From the NCBI GenBank assembly GCA_035696125.1, contig DASRQZ010000059.1, positions 3,340 through 67,339 on the forward strand: a stretch of 64,000 bases of DNA. The letters run 5' to 3'. Origin of the DNA: Polyangia bacterium. Lineage in GTDB: Bacteria; Myxococcota_A; Polyangia; Fen-1088. A program made the translations under genes and the position numbers. This document shows, piece by piece, positions 1 through 11,519 of this stretch (positions within the stretch are counted from its first letter, which is position 1; every line of letters begins with the position of its first letter). The notes beneath the pieces were generated by a model. The model ran no database searches and had not been told where the DNA came from. It saw only the letters and a list, made by a program, of their open reading frames with translations.

Positions 1-54
1 CGAGCGCGCGTTTGGCGCGGCCAGACCCCCATCGAGACCAAAAGGAGGAACCCG

Positions 55-939
55 ATGAGCATTCTCACCCGACTCGCGGCCGCTCTGGCCATCGCCGGCG
101 GCGTGGGCGTCGCCCTGGGGACGTTCGCCGGCTGCGGCGTCGATCAGGAGCTGTACGACGCGGCCATCAAGGACCGCGACCAGCAGAAACAGAGGCTGGC
201 CGCGGCCGAGGCGGCCACCGCCGCCGAGAAGGCGCAGCACAAGAAGGACGTCGACGCGCGCGACCAGCGCGTCGGCGTGCTGACCAAGAAGCTGGAGTCG
301 CTGGGCCAGGACATGTCGCGGCTCGAGACCGAGCGCGGAACCCTGGGCGGCGAGCTCGAGACCGCCAAGAAGCGCATGGAGGAGCTGCGCAAGGCGCAGG
401 CGCAGGCCGAGGCGCGCGCCGCGCAGTTTCGCAAGCTGGTCTCGCAGTTCAAGCAGCTCACCGACGCCGGCAAGCTGCAGGTCGAGCTGCGCGAGAACCG
501 CATGATCGTGCGCCTCGGCGATCAGATCCTGTTCGACCCCGGCAAGACCGAGCTCAAGAAAGAGGGCGAGGAGGCGCTGCGCCAGGTGACCGATGTGCTC
601 AAGGAGATCCCGAACCGCAACTTCCAGGTCGCGGGGCACACCGACAATGCGCCCATCAAGTCCAGGCGCTACCGATCCAACTGGGATCTGTCGACCGCGC
701 GCGCCGTCGAGGTGGTCAACTTCATGATCGCCAGCGGCATGGAGCCAAAGCGCCTGTCGGCAGCGGGTTATGCCGACCAGTCGCCCGTGGCCGCCAACGA
801 CACGCCGGAGAACAGGGCCAAGAACCGCCGCATCGAGATCACGCTGGTGCCCAACCTGGACGATCTGCCCCCGATCGACGAGGCGCTCAAGGAAGCGCCG
901 GTCGCGTCACCAGGAAGCGCGCCCGCCGACAAGAGCTGA
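55..939 (+). CDS. OmpA/MotB-family lipoprotein with a coiled-coil N-terminal region and a C-terminal OmpA-like peptidoglycan-binding domain
   Basis: The ATG at 55 follows AAAGGAGGAA. The N-terminus is a lipobox signal (LGTFAGC). A Gln/Ala/Glu-rich coiled coil follows. The C-terminus (FQVAGHTDNAPI...NWDLSTARAVEV...NRRIEI) matches the OmpA_C family. Confidence 0.8.
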   Translation: MSILTRLAAALAIAGGVGVALGTFAGCGVDQELYDAAIKDRDQQKQRLAAAEAATAAEKAQHKKDVDARDQRVGVLTKKLESLGQDMSRLETERGTLGGELETAKKRMEELRKAQAQAEARAAQFRKLVSQFKQLTDAGKLQVELRENRMIVRLGDQILFDPGKTELKKEGEEALRQVTDVLKEIPNRNFQVAGHTDNAPIKSRRYRSNWDLSTARAVEVVNFMIASGMEPKRLSAAGYADQSPVAANDTPENRAKNRRIEITLVPNLDDLPPIDEALKEAPVASPGSAPADKS

Positions 940-960
940 CGGCGTCCCGATTGGCAATCC

Positions 961-1060
961 GGAGGGATCGCCGACGCTGACGCCGACGCTGACGCCGACG
1001 GGCGGATCCGGAACCGATTTTCCGTCGGCGTCGGCGTCGGCGTCGGCGATCCGGTCTGCC
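961..1060. repeat. Palindromic (GACGCC)n hairpin element with a GCGGATCCGG loop; likely bidirectional terminator between convergent genes
   Basis: GATCGCCGACGCTGACGCCGACGCTGACGCCGACGG faces ...CCGTCGGCGTCGGCGTCGGCGTCGGCGATC as a near-perfect ~30-bp inverted repeat. Related copies lie at 1880-1960, 31620-31650 (half) and 46195-46305. Confidence 0.6.
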
Positions 1061-1097
1061 CGCGGAAGACGGCGCCGGGACCGGAAGCCCGGGACCG

Positions 1098-1874
1098 TCA
1101 GGGCGTCGGGCCCGGCCTCTCCGCTTCGAGCATGCGCTGCACTTCCGCCGTGAACCGCCCTGCGCCGCCGCCTTCATGCAACACCAGCGGCGGCTCGAGA
1201 GCCAGCGTGCGCCGCGACTGGCGGTACGCCTCGATCAGCACCCGCACGGCGGGACGGTCGGCGAAAGGATGCACGGCGCGCAGCCGCGCCGGCGAGAGAT
1301 CGCGCGCATTCATGCCCGCCAGCAGCTCGGGCAGGCGCTCGGCGGCGTACACCACGCCCAGACGGCCACCGGGCCGCACCAGACGCGCGGCGCAATCCAG
1401 CCACTCGGCCAGGGTGAGGGTGACCTCGTGATTGGCGCGCGCGCGCTCGCTGTCGGGCGACCTGACCCCGTGCGCGGTCACCCGGAACGGCGGATTGGTC
1501 GCCACCAGATCGAACGGCGTCGCGGTCAGCGCGGCCGCCAGCGCGCGGATGTCGCCCTGCACGACCTGAAAACGGTCGTCGAGCGCGTTGCGCGCGCGGC
1601 CCAGGCCCGCCAGGTGCGCCAGACGCGCCTGCAGCTCGACGCCTACGCCGCTGGCGCTGGGATCGTCGGCCAGCAGGGTGAACGCGAGCGCGCCGGTGCC
1701 GCAACCGATGTCCAGGAAGCGGCCGTGGGGCGGCGCCAGGAAGCGCGCGAGCAGCAACGGGTCGAGGCTGCTGCGGAACCCACGGCGCGGCTGCACCAGG
1801 GTGACGCGGCCGCGCAGCAGGGTATCGACGGTGGTGTCGCCGGGATCGGATTCGGAGGCGGAATCGGAGTCGCC
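1098..1874 (-). CDS. Class I SAM-dependent N6-adenine-type methyltransferase (YfiC/tRNA m6A37 MTase-like); start uncertain
   Basis: It has the DIGCGTGALAFTLL SAM motif and the LVATNPPF (NPPF) N6-MTase motif. The ORF continues up to 1991, but that N-terminal part is low-complexity and overlaps a repeat. The family N-terminus begins near TLLRGRVTLVQ, so the true start is probably a GTG around 1829-1880. Confidence 0.7.
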   Translation of the reverse strand, partial: GDSDSASESDPGDTTVDTLLRGRVTLVQPRRGFRSSLDPLLLARFLAPPHGRFLDIGCGTGALAFTLLADDPSASGVGVELQARLAHLAGLGRARNALDDRFQVVQGDIRALAAALTATPFDLVATNPPFRVTAHGVRSPDSERARANHEVTLTLAEWLDCAARLVRPGGRLGVVYAAERLPELLAGMNARDLSPARLRAVHPFADRPAVRVLIEAYRQSRRTLALEPPLVLHEGGGAGRFTAEVQRMLEAERPGPTP

Positions 1875-1968
1875 CACGGTCACGCCCCCGCCGATGCCGA
1901 CGCCGACGGGAAGATCCCCACTTGCGTCGGCGTCGGCGTGACCGGCTGTTTCCGAACCACCAGGCGCA

Positions 1969-3288
<1,320 letters not shown>

Positions 3289-3527
3289 GAGGATTTCATA
3301 CACGATTCGAGGGCGGGCGGACACGGTCCCGCGCGCCCCTCCCACCGTCGTCGGATCCCGCCCCGCGCCTCACTCACGTGCCCGATTGGTCGTGGAGCAC
3401 GCGGAGCGGCGGGCGGGCTTCAGGCTTCTGGCTTCTGGCTCCAGGCTTCAGGAAAGACGCTCTTCCGTCGGAAAGGCGCGCCTTCCCGTAGCCTGAAGCC
3501 CGTCGCCTGAAGCCGTCTGACACCGGC

Positions 3528-4112
3528 CTACTCGCGCGCAATCTCCAGAGCGCCCTGGCGCAGGATCTCGATGCGACTGCCGCGCACGCGCACCAGGGTG
3601 CTGGGAGCGCCCCCTGGGGTCGCGCCGGCGTGCAGCACGCGGCAGCGGCCCTCGAACAGCTCCTCCACGCCCTCGGGGGTGCTGGGGGGATCGACGCCCG
3701 CGGGGTTGGCGCTGGTGGCGGTGATCGGACCACCGAAGACCTCCAGCAGCGCGCGCGCCGTGGGGTGCGGCGAGTCGCGGATGGCGACGCATCCTTCCGA
3801 GACCAGGGGCGCGGGCAGGCCGGCGCGCGCCGGCAATGCGATGGTCAGCGGGCCGGGCCAGTGACGCGCCATCAGCTTGCGCGCCGCCGCGGGCACGCTG
3901 CGGCACAGGCGATCGATCATGGCGTCGCCCAGCACCAGCACCGAGATGGCCTTCTCGCCGCGTCCCTTGAGCTGGCGCAAGCGGGCCAGCGCCAGCTCGT
4001 CGAGCGCGTTGACCGCCAGGCCGTAGAAGGTCTCCGTCGGAAACGCCACCACCTCCCCTCGCCTCAGCGCGTGGGCCGCGAACAGGATCTCCTCGGGGAA
4101 GGCGTGGGCCAT
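3528..4112 (-). CDS. tsaC: L-threonylcarbamoyladenylate synthase (YrdC/TsaC family)
   Basis: EVVAFPTETFYGLAVNA is the YrdC signature. The ~194 aa length fits the single-domain form. Confidence 0.8.
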   Translation of the reverse strand: MAHAFPEEILFAAHALRRGEVVAFPTETFYGLAVNALDELALARLRQLKGRGEKAISVLVLGDAMIDRLCRSVPAAARKLMARHWPGPLTIALPARAGLPAPLVSEGCVAIRDSPHPTARALLEVFGGPITATSANPAGVDPPSTPEGVEELFEGRCRVLHAGATPGGAPSTLVRVRGSRIEILRQGALEIARE

Positions 4113-4124
4113 GCGCCCGTCAGT

Positions 4125-4673
4125 CTACTTGGCGCTGGGCGCGGCGCTGCGCCCGAACTGGGCCCGCACCTCGGCGTCGCTCTCCAGCACCTTGCGGCGG
4201 CGCGATTCGCGCTCGGCCTCGACACGCGCGGCGAGCGCGGCGTCGCCGACCGCGATGATCTGCGCCGCCAGCAGGCCGGCGTTCTCGGCGCCGCCGACCG
4301 CGACGGTCGCGACCGGCATCCCCGGCGGCATCATCACCGTCGAGAGCAGGGAGTCGAACCCGCCCAGCGTACCGGCCGCGATCGGCACGCCGATCACCGG
4401 CCGCGTGGTGTGCGCCGCGACCGCGCCCGCGAGGTGCGCCGCGCCGCCTGCGCCGCAGATGAACGCCTTGGCGCCGTTCTGCGTCGCCTCGCGCACGAAG
4501 GCGGCGGCCTGCTCCGGCGTGCGGTGCGCGGACAGCACGCGCACCTCCACGGCCAGGCCCAGCCCTACCAGGATCTTGGCCGCGGGACGCATGGTCTCGA
4601 GGTCGGACTTGGATCCCATCATGATGGCGACGTCGATCCGGACGGCGCCGGATCCCTGCTCGTTGCTGCTCAT
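4125..4673 (-). CDS. purE: N5-carboxyaminoimidazole ribonucleotide mutase
   Basis: IMMGSKSDLETM...RVLSAHRTP...AGGAAHLAG is the conserved PurE core. Confidence 0.9.
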   Translation of the reverse strand: MSSNEQGSGAVRIDVAIMMGSKSDLETMRPAAKILVGLGLAVEVRVLSAHRTPEQAAAFVREATQNGAKAFICGAGGAAHLAGAVAAHTTRPVIGVPIAAGTLGGFDSLLSTVMMPPGMPVATVAVGGAENAGLLAAQIIAVGDAALAARVEAERESRRRKVLESDAEVRAQFGRSAAPSAK

Positions 4674-5992
4674 CTCTTTTCTCCTCTGGTTCCGATGTCG
4701 CGGCGATAGCGCATGCCGTCGAAGTGAATGTCCCGGATCGCGCCGTAAGCGGCGGCGCGTGCCGCGGCCAGGTCGGCGCCCCGCGCGGTCACACCCAGCA
4801 CGCGCCCGCCCGCGGTCAGTAGCGGAGCCTCGGACCCGGCCACGCCCGCTCCGCGCCGCGTGCCCGCGTGGAACACCAGCACCTCGCCGCCGCCGCCGCC
4901 GCCGCCTGCGCCTGCGCCGGCGCCGCCAAGCGCGATCGGTTCGCCCAGACGCGGCTTGGCCGGATAGCCGGGCGCGGCCAGCACCACGCAGACGGCGGCG
5001 CCCGCGCGCCAGCGGATGGGTCCCGCCGGCAGCTCGCCACGCGCGGCGCCCAGCAACCAGGGCAGCAGATCATCCTCCATGCGCACCAGCACCGACTGGG
5101 TCTCGGGGTCGCCGAAGCGACAATTCCACTCGATGACCATCGGGCCGCGATCCGGCGTCAGCATCAGGCCGCCGTAGAGCAGGCCGCGGAACGGCCGACC
5201 CGCGGCTGCCAGCGCGCGCACCGTGGGCGCGAAGATTGTCTCCGCGACGCGGCGCTGGGTGGCGGCGTCGACCAGCGGCGACGGCGAGTAGGTACCCATG
5301 CCGCCGGTGTTGGGCCCGACGTCGCCGTCACCCACCGCCTTGTGGTCCTCGGCCGAAGCCAGAAGCTCGAAGCGCGCCCCGTCGCACAGCGCCATCATCG
5401 ACACCTCGCGCCCGCTGAGCCGCTCCTCGATCACCACGCGCGCGCCGGCGTCGCCGAAGGTTCGCTCGGCCAACATCTGGCGCGCCGCCGCCTTGGCCTC
5501 GGCGGCGCTGCTGGTGACCACGACGCCCTTGCCGGCGCACAGCCCGTCGGCCTTGACCACCACCGCGCCGCGCTGGGCGTCGATGAACGCCTCGGCCGCA
5601 CCGAGGTCGTCGAACACGCCGAACGCCGCCGTGGGCACGCCCGCGCCGGCCATCAGCCGCTTGGCGTAGGCCTTCGATCCCTCGACCTCGGCCGCTGCGC
5701 GCGACGGCCCGAAGAACGGGATCCCCGCCGCCAGCATCGCGTCGCCCAGGCCCGCCACCAGCGCCGACTCCGGCCCGCACACCACCAGATCGACGCGCGC
5801 GCGCGTCGCCAGCGCGACGAGATCGTCGACCGCATCGGCCTTGATCGACGAGATCTGTGTCCTGGGGACCGCGGCGATGCCCGGGTTGCCGGGCGCCGCC
5901 GTGATGCGGTCGCACAGCGGGCTTCCCGCCAGCTTCCAGGCCAGCGCGTGCTCGCGCCCGCCCGAACCGACCAGCAGAACGTGGAGGCCCAT
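4670..5992 (-). CDS. purD: Phosphoribosylamine--glycine ligase
   Basis: The N-terminus is [17 protein letters not shown] and the protein has the ATP-grasp body of the PurD family. It overlaps purE by 4 nt. Confidence 0.9.
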   Translation of the reverse strand: MGLHVLLVGSGGREHALAWKLAGSPLCDRITAAPGNPGIAAVPRTQISSIKADAVDDLVALATRARVDLVVCGPESALVAGLGDAMLAAGIPFFGPSRAAAEVEGSKAYAKRLMAGAGVPTAAFGVFDDLGAAEAFIDAQRGAVVVKADGLCAGKGVVVTSSAAEAKAAARQMLAERTFGDAGARVVIEERLSGREVSMMALCDGARFELLASAEDHKAVGDGDVGPNTGGMGTYSPSPLVDAATQRRVAETIFAPTVRALAAAGRPFRGLLYGGLMLTPDRGPMVIEWNCRFGDPETQSVLVRMEDDLLPWLLGAARGELPAGPIRWRAGAAVCVVLAAPGYPAKPRLGEPIALGGAGAGAGGGGGGGEVLVFHAGTRRGAGVAGSEAPLLTAGGRVLGVTARGADLAAARAAAYGAIRDIHFDGMRYRRDIGTRGEKR

Positions 5993-6035
5993 GCGCTCGA
6001 TCTACCTACCGCGAATCATCGCTGGCCAGGGAAGT

Positions 6036-6235
6036 TTTCGGACGGACCTCGGCTCTCGCGAGGCTCGCCCCCTCTCCGGGCTGTCCCGGCGCGCGCACGT
6101 TGCTTCTCGCGAGGCCTGCCCCCTCCCTGAGCTGTCCCGGCGCCTGTTGCCTCTCGCAAGGCCTGCCCCCTCCCTGGCCCTCCCCCGCGGACGTCGCGGA
6201 CGGGGGAGGGGATCGGATTTGATCTTGGGCGCGAG
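6036..6235. repeat. Three tandem REP-like units (CTCGCAAGGCCTGCCCCCTCCC...CCCGCGGACG family)
   Basis: Read directly from the sequence. The same family occurs at 15684-15720, 17272-17313, 33845-33870, 51531-51893 and 62843-62925. Confidence 0.7.
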
Positions 6236-6236
6236 C

Positions 6237-7805
6237 CTAGTGGCGGAAGTGGCGTTCGCCGGTCAGGACCACGGCCATACCGTGCTCGTCGGCGGCGGTC
6301 AGGACCTCGTCGTCGCGCACCGAGCCGCCCGGCTGGATCACCGCGGTCACGCCGGCCCGGGCGGCCTCGTCGATGCTGTCACGGAAGGGGAAGAAGGCGT
6401 CCGAGGCCAGCACGGCCCCCGCGAGCGGCGCGCGCGCCTTGGAGATCGCGATGCGCACCGAGTCGACGCGCGACATCTGGCCGGCGCCGATGCCCAGCGT
6501 GCGCCCGGCGCCCGCGAACACGATGGCGTTGGACTTGACGTGCTTGGCGACCCGCCAGGCGAAGTCCAGGTCGATGAGCTCGGCCGGGCTGGGCGCGCGC
6601 CTGGAGGCGACGCGCCCCTCGCCGGCCGCCGAGGTGGTGGTGTCGCGGGTCTGCACCAGGAACCCGCCCGCCACCGACCGGACATCCATGTCGACCGCCG
6701 TCGCCGGGTCCTGGGCGTCGCGCGCGAAGTCGTATGACAGCAGGCGCAGGTTCTTCTTGGCCGACAGCACCGCCAGCGCCTCGGGCGCGTAGCCGGGCGC
6801 GATCACGCATTCGAGGAAGGTCTCCGACAGCTCGCGCCCGAGCTCGCCGTCGACGGGGCGGTTGATGGCGACGATGCCGCCGAAGGCCGACACCGGATCG
6901 GTCTCGCGTGCGCGCCGATAGGCGTCGGCGATGCCGACCTCGGAGATGGCGACCCCGCACGGGTTGCTGTGCTTGATGATCGCCACCGCGGGCGGCGCGA
7001 ACTCGGCGGCGATGCGCATCGCCGCGTCCAGGTCCAGCAGATTGTTGTACGACAGCTCCTTGCCCTGCAGCACCTGCGCGCGCGCCAGGGAAGGACCAGC
7101 GGCGCCGTCTTGCACGTAGAACGCCGCCTTCTGGTGCGGGTTCTCTCCGTAGCGCAGCGATCGCTCCAGGCGCGCCGACAAGTGCAGGGTCTGCGGGAAG
7201 TCGGCCAGCGGCGCGTCCGGCGCGGTGACGCGGCCCAGGTACGACGCCACGGCACCGTCGTAGGCGGCCGTGTGCGCGAACGCCTTGCGCGCCAGCTCGA
7301 AGCGCAGCGCGGCCGACACCTCGCCGTGGGCCTGAATCTCGGCCAGCACGCGCGCGTAGTCGCCCGGCTCGACCACGACCGCGACGCGCTCGTGGTTCTT
7401 TGCCGCCGACCGGATCATCGCCGGACCGCCGATGTCGATGTTCTCGATCACCTCCTCGAACGCCGCGCCGCGCGCCACCGTCTCGCGGAACGGGTACAGG
7501 TTCACCACCACGAGATCGATCGGCGACAGGCCGGCCTGGCGCATCTCCTCGCGGTGCTTGGCGGTGGGGCGGCCCAGGATCCCGCCGTGCACGCGCGGGT
7601 GCAGGGTCTTGACCCGCCCGTCGAGGATCTCGGGCGCGCCGGTGAAGTCGCTGACCTCGCGCACGGCGACGCCGGCCGCATACAACGCCTTGGCGGTGCC
7701 GCCGGTCGACAAGATCTCCAGCCCTTCCTCGACCAGCCCGCGCGCCAGGTCGGCCAGGCCGGTCTTGTCGGACACGGAGATCAACGCGCGGACGATCTTT
7801 GACAC
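6237..7805 (-). CDS. purH: Bifunctional AICAR transformylase / IMP cyclohydrolase
   Basis: [11 protein letters not shown]...LSTGGTAK is the MGS-like N-terminus, and the protein has the AICARFT C-terminal body. Confidence 0.9.
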   Translation of the reverse strand: MSKIVRALISVSDKTGLADLARGLVEEGLEILSTGGTAKALYAAGVAVREVSDFTGAPEILDGRVKTLHPRVHGGILGRPTAKHREEMRQAGLSPIDLVVVNLYPFRETVARGAAFEEVIENIDIGGPAMIRSAAKNHERVAVVVEPGDYARVLAEIQAHGEVSAALRFELARKAFAHTAAYDGAVASYLGRVTAPDAPLADFPQTLHLSARLERSLRYGENPHQKAAFYVQDGAAGPSLARAQVLQGKELSYNNLLDLDAAMRIAAEFAPPAVAIIKHSNPCGVAISEVGIADAYRRARETDPVSAFGGIVAINRPVDGELGRELSETFLECVIAPGYAPEALAVLSAKKNLRLLSYDFARDAQDPATAVDMDVRSVAGGFLVQTRDTTTSAAGEGRVASRRAPSPAELIDLDFAWRVAKHVKSNAIVFAGAGRTLGIGAGQMSRVDSVRIAISKARAPLAGAVLASDAFFPFRDSIDEAARAGVTAVIQPGGSVRDDEVLTAADEHGMAVVLTGERHFRH

Positions 7806-7895
7806 GGGGACCTTCTATCAAACTCCCGGCGCGGCGGAAGCCGAAACTATCGTCGGTCGCTCCGCCCGTGGCCGCCCTGCTAGGATGCGCGCGCC

Positions 7896-8921
7896 GTGGC
7901 CGTCGCCATCGAAACCCGCGCCCTGCGCAAGGTCTACACGGCGCCCAAGCTGACGCGGCGGCGCGGGCCCAGCGCGTCGGTGCCGGGGCCGCCCGGGCCG
8001 TCGGCGCTGCCACCCGCCGCGCCAGGCAGCCAGATCGTGGCGCTCGACGGGCTGGATCTGTCGGTGCCGCACGGCCAGTTCTTCGGCCTGCTGGGACCGA
8101 ACGGCGCCGGCAAGACCACCACCATCGGCATCCTCACCACCCGCGTGCTGCCGACCGGCGGCCAGGCCCTGATCGCCGGCCAGGACGTGGTGGCGCGCGC
8201 GGTCGCCGTGCGCCGCCGCATCGGCGTGGTGCCCCAGCGCCCCAACCCGGACCGCGGCCTGGACGTGCTGGAAAACCTGATCTTTCACGCCGCCTACTTC
8301 GGGTTCTCGCACACCGGCTCGCGGCGGCGCGCTCAGGAGCTGCTCGACCGCCTGGGCCTGGGCGAGCGCGGCCAGGCGCGCGTCGACCAGCTTTCGGGCG
8401 GACAGCAGCAGCGGTTGATGATCGCGCGCGCCCTCATCCATGAACCAGAGATCCTCTTCCTGGACGAGCCGACGGTCGGGCTGGATCCACAGGCCCGGCG
8501 GGCGCTCTGGGAGATCCTGCGCGCGCTGCACACCGAGGGCCGCACCATCGTGATGACCACCCATTACATGGAAGAGGCCGAGCAGCTGTGCGACCGGGTC
8601 GCGATCGTCGACCACGGCCGGCTCCTGGCCTGCGACGCGCCGGCCGAGCTGCGGCGGCGCGCGCCCGGCGGAACGCTGATCGAGATCTCGCTCGATGGGC
8701 CGGCGGCGCCGGTAGAGGCGACCGCGCGCGCGGTCGCCGGCGTGCTGAGCGTCGAGGCGCGCGACACCACGCTGGCGATCTACCACCCGGGCGGCGGGGA
8801 GGCGGTCGCGCCGCTCATCGGCGCCATCCAGGCGGCGGGCCGCCAGGTCACCAACATCCGCCTGGCGTCCCCTAGCCTGGAGACGCTGTTCATCTCGCTG
8901 ACCGGAAGGAAGCTGGATTGA
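7896..8921 (+). CDS. ABC transporter ATP-binding protein (ABC-2 type)
   Basis: Walker A GPNGAGKTT, signature LSGGQQQR and Walker B ILFLDEPT are present. The start is a GTG. Confidence 0.85.
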   Translation: MAVAIETRALRKVYTAPKLTRRRGPSASVPGPPGPSALPPAAPGSQIVALDGLDLSVPHGQFFGLLGPNGAGKTTTIGILTTRVLPTGGQALIAGQDVVARAVAVRRRIGVVPQRPNPDRGLDVLENLIFHAAYFGFSHTGSRRRAQELLDRLGLGERGQARVDQLSGGQQQRLMIARALIHEPEILFLDEPTVGLDPQARRALWEILRALHTEGRTIVMTTHYMEEAEQLCDRVAIVDHGRLLACDAPAELRRRAPGGTLIEISLDGPAAPVEATARAVAGVLSVEARDTTLAIYHPGGGEAVAPLIGAIQAAGRQVTNIRLASPSLETLFISLTGRKLD

Positions 8922-9760
8922 TTCCCGCGCAGGCCGCGCCCGGAACCGGAATCACCGGGCCCGCTTCGGCGCGCGACGCCCCGGCGCCACCCGCGCGCAG
9001 CGTGCTCTGGGCCTTCTTGCGACGCGACGTGACCGTGGTGCGTCGCGAGCTCGCCTTCTTTTTGCTGCGGACCGCCATGCAACCCTTGATGGTCACCGTG
9101 GTGTTCGGCTTTCTGCTGCCTCGCATGCGCTTCGTCAACCGCGGCTACACCACGGCGCTATTGCCCGGCGTGCTGGCGGTCAGCCTGGCGCTGGCCGCCG
9201 TTCAATCAGTGGCGCTGCCCATGGTGGCCGACTTCGGCTACACGCGGGAGATCGAGGATCGCCTGCTGGCGCCCGTGCCCAACTGGATGGTCGCGCTGGC
9301 CAAGGTGATGTCGGGCGTGCTGCAGGCGCTGATCGCCGCGTCGGTGGTGCTGCCCTTGGCGCGCCTCATCATGGGCCCCATCCCGGATCTGTCGCTCGCC
9401 CACGTCGGTTGGGTCTTCCTGGTCATCCTGTTCGGCGCCACCGCCTTCAGCGTCATGGGCCTCTTCCTGGGCAGCGTGATCGAGGGGACGCAGATCGGTC
9501 TGCTCTTCGGCATCGTGGTCGCCCCGATGATCATGTTCGGCTGTGCCTACTACCCCTGGCGCGGCCTGGATGCGGTGCCCGCGATGAAGTACGCGGTTCT
9601 AATGAACCCGCTGACTTATATCGCCGAGGGTCTGCGCGCCGTGTTGATCCCTGGCCAGCCGCACATGCCCCTGCCCGTCGTGCTGGCGGCGCTGGCGCTG
9701 CTGACCGTGCTGTTCTGGGTCCTGGGGCTACGGTCGTTCATGAAGCGCGCGGTCGGCTGA
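8918..9760 (+). CDS. ABC-2 type transporter permease
   Basis: A TTGA overlap joins it to the upstream ATPase. Six predicted TM segments fit an ABC-2 permease. Confidence 0.7.
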   Translation: MIPAQAAPGTGITGPASARDAPAPPARSVLWAFLRRDVTVVRRELAFFLLRTAMQPLMVTVVFGFLLPRMRFVNRGYTTALLPGVLAVSLALAAVQSVALPMVADFGYTREIEDRLLAPVPNWMVALAKVMSGVLQALIAASVVLPLARLIMGPIPDLSLAHVGWVFLVILFGATAFSVMGLFLGSVIEGTQIGLLFGIVVAPMIMFGCAYYPWRGLDAVPAMKYAVLMNPLTYIAEGLRAVLIPGQPHMPLPVVLAALALLTVLFWVLGLRSFMKRAVG

Positions 9761-9853
9761 TCCCCGTGATTGGTCCACGCCCGGTCGATCCCCGCCTGTT
9801 GATTCCTCAGGAACTTTCGCGGTCGACTGCGTTCTTTCCGTTGGAGGTGTGAG

Positions 9854-10762
9854 ATGTCAGTGCTGGGAATCGATGTCAGCCATCACAACGCCGAGATCGA
9901 CTGGTCGGCCGTGGCCGCGTCCGACGTCAAGTTCGCGTTCGTCAAGGCCACCGAGGGCAGCGCGGGCGTCGACTCGCGCTTCGAGGAAAACTGGCAGGCG
10001 CTGGGCGAGACCAATCTGTTGCGCGGCGCCTATCATTTTGCCCGCCCGGGCAGCGACCCCGAGATCCAGGCGGCCCACTTCGCGGCCACCGTCGGCGCCC
10101 GCACCTGGAGCACGCTGCCGCCCGCGCTGGACCTGGAGGTGGACGGCGGGCTTCCGCCAGCCCAGGTGGTGCAGTGGACCGTCGCGTTCGTTCAGAAAGC
10201 GGAGGCGCTCTTCGGCCAGCCGCTGATCATCTACACCGGCGGCCTGTGGCGGCGCGGCCTGCGCGACCCCGACGTGCCCGAGCTGCGTTCGCGCCTGCTG
10301 TGGACGGCGCGCTACGGGACCTTGCCGCCGCTGGTGCCGCGCACCTGGGCGCGCTGGGACTTCTGGCAGTTCACCGACGGCGACAGCGGCCAGGTGCAGC
10401 GCATCCCCGGCGTGCGCGGCCCGTGCGACTGCGACCGCTTTCGCGGCGAGCTGGGTGAGCTGCAGGCCCTGGCCGACAAGCCACTCGCGCCCGCCGAGCC
10501 ACCCCCGACGCCGCCCGCCGAGCCAGGCCGGCCGGCCTGGAACGGGCGCTACCTGGTTTGGCCGCACGCGCCGGTCATGAGCGGCGACGACGTGCGGACC
10601 TGGCAGACTCAGATGCGCGACCGCCACTTCGCCATCGACGTCGACGGCTTTTACGGCCGCCAGTCGCGCCAGGCCTGCGTCGCGCTACAACGCGAGATGG
10701 GACTCGAGCCCGACGGGATCGTCGGACGGGCGACCTGGAACGCGGCCTTCGACGTGGGGTAG
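9854..10762 (+). CDS. GH25 lysozyme (muramidase) with a C-terminal PG_binding_1 domain; no signal peptide
   Basis: The N-terminus is GIDVSHHNAEIDW...FAFVKATEG, as in GH25. The C-terminus is W-rich (DDVRTWQ...GIVGRATWNA) and looks like a peptidoglycan-binding domain. Confidence 0.8.
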   Translation: MSVLGIDVSHHNAEIDWSAVAASDVKFAFVKATEGSAGVDSRFEENWQALGETNLLRGAYHFARPGSDPEIQAAHFAATVGARTWSTLPPALDLEVDGGLPPAQVVQWTVAFVQKAEALFGQPLIIYTGGLWRRGLRDPDVPELRSRLLWTARYGTLPPLVPRTWARWDFWQFTDGDSGQVQRIPGVRGPCDCDRFRGELGELQALADKPLAPAEPPPTPPAEPGRPAWNGRYLVWPHAPVMSGDDVRTWQTQMRDRHFAIDVDGFYGRQSRQACVALQREMGLEPDGIVGRATWNAAFDVG

Positions 10763-10782
10763 GCCGGAAAAGGCCATTAGCG

Positions 10783-11505
10783 TTAGCTCGTCTCCACGCC
10801 GGCGCGGCGGCGCAGGTCGGCGACCTCGGGCTTGGTCAGGTCGCGCCAGCCGCCCATGGCCAACCCCTCGAACGACAGGCCGCCCAGCCGCACGCGCGAG
10901 ATCTTGAGCAGCGAGTGCCGGATCAGATCGCCACCCGCCTTGAGCGCGCGCGGGCGGCTCTCGGCGACCACCATCTCGATCCAGGTGTTCTTGCCGGTCG
11001 TGGCCAGCGCCTGGACCGCGTCGGGGCGCACCGCCCGGCTCTCCCAGCGCCAGCCCCGGGCCAGGCGAGTGAGCGCGTCGTCGTCGACCTGGCCCTGCAG
11101 CTTGAGGTGATAGGTCATGGGCACCCGCTGCGCGCGCCTGGACATGGCCTGCGCCAGTTCGCCGTCCGACGTCAACAGCACCACGCCCTCGGCGGGAAAA
11201 TCGAGGGGCGCCACCACCTGCAGACCGGGCTCGGGGTCGCGCAGGTAACGCCGCAGCGTCGGCCGCGAACCCGCCGGCTGCAGCGTCGCCAGGCAAGCGC
11301 GCGGCTTCAACAGCAGGCGGTAGATCGGTTTTTCGACCTGGACGCGGCGCCCGTTGACCTCGACGCGATCCGAGCCCTCGGAGATGGTCGTGCCCAGCGC
11401 GGTCACCACCTGCCCGTTGACGCTGACCGCGCCCGAGGCGATCAACGCTTCGGCTTGGCGCCGCGACGAAACCCCGGCCTGCGCCAGGTACCGTTGCAAT
11501 CGCAT
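10783..11505 (-). CDS. rluB: 23S rRNA pseudouridine synthase (RluB/RsuA family)
   Basis: The S4 domain is MRLQRYLAQAGVSSRRQAE. The catalytic region is RLLLKP...ATLQPAGSRPTL...APLDFPAEGVVLLTSDGEL. The ORF table extends the frame to 12045, but that part is low-complexity. Confidence 0.8.
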   Translation of the reverse strand: MRLQRYLAQAGVSSRRQAEALIASGAVSVNGQVVTALGTTISEGSDRVEVNGRRVQVEKPIYRLLLKPRACLATLQPAGSRPTLRRYLRDPEPGLQVVAPLDFPAEGVVLLTSDGELAQAMSRRAQRVPMTYHLKLQGQVDDDALTRLARGWRWESRAVRPDAVQALATTGKNTWIEMVVAESRPRALKAGGDLIRHSLLKISRVRLGGLSFEGLAMGGWRDLTKPEVADLRRRAGVETS

Positions 11506-11519
11506 ACGAGCCACCGCAT

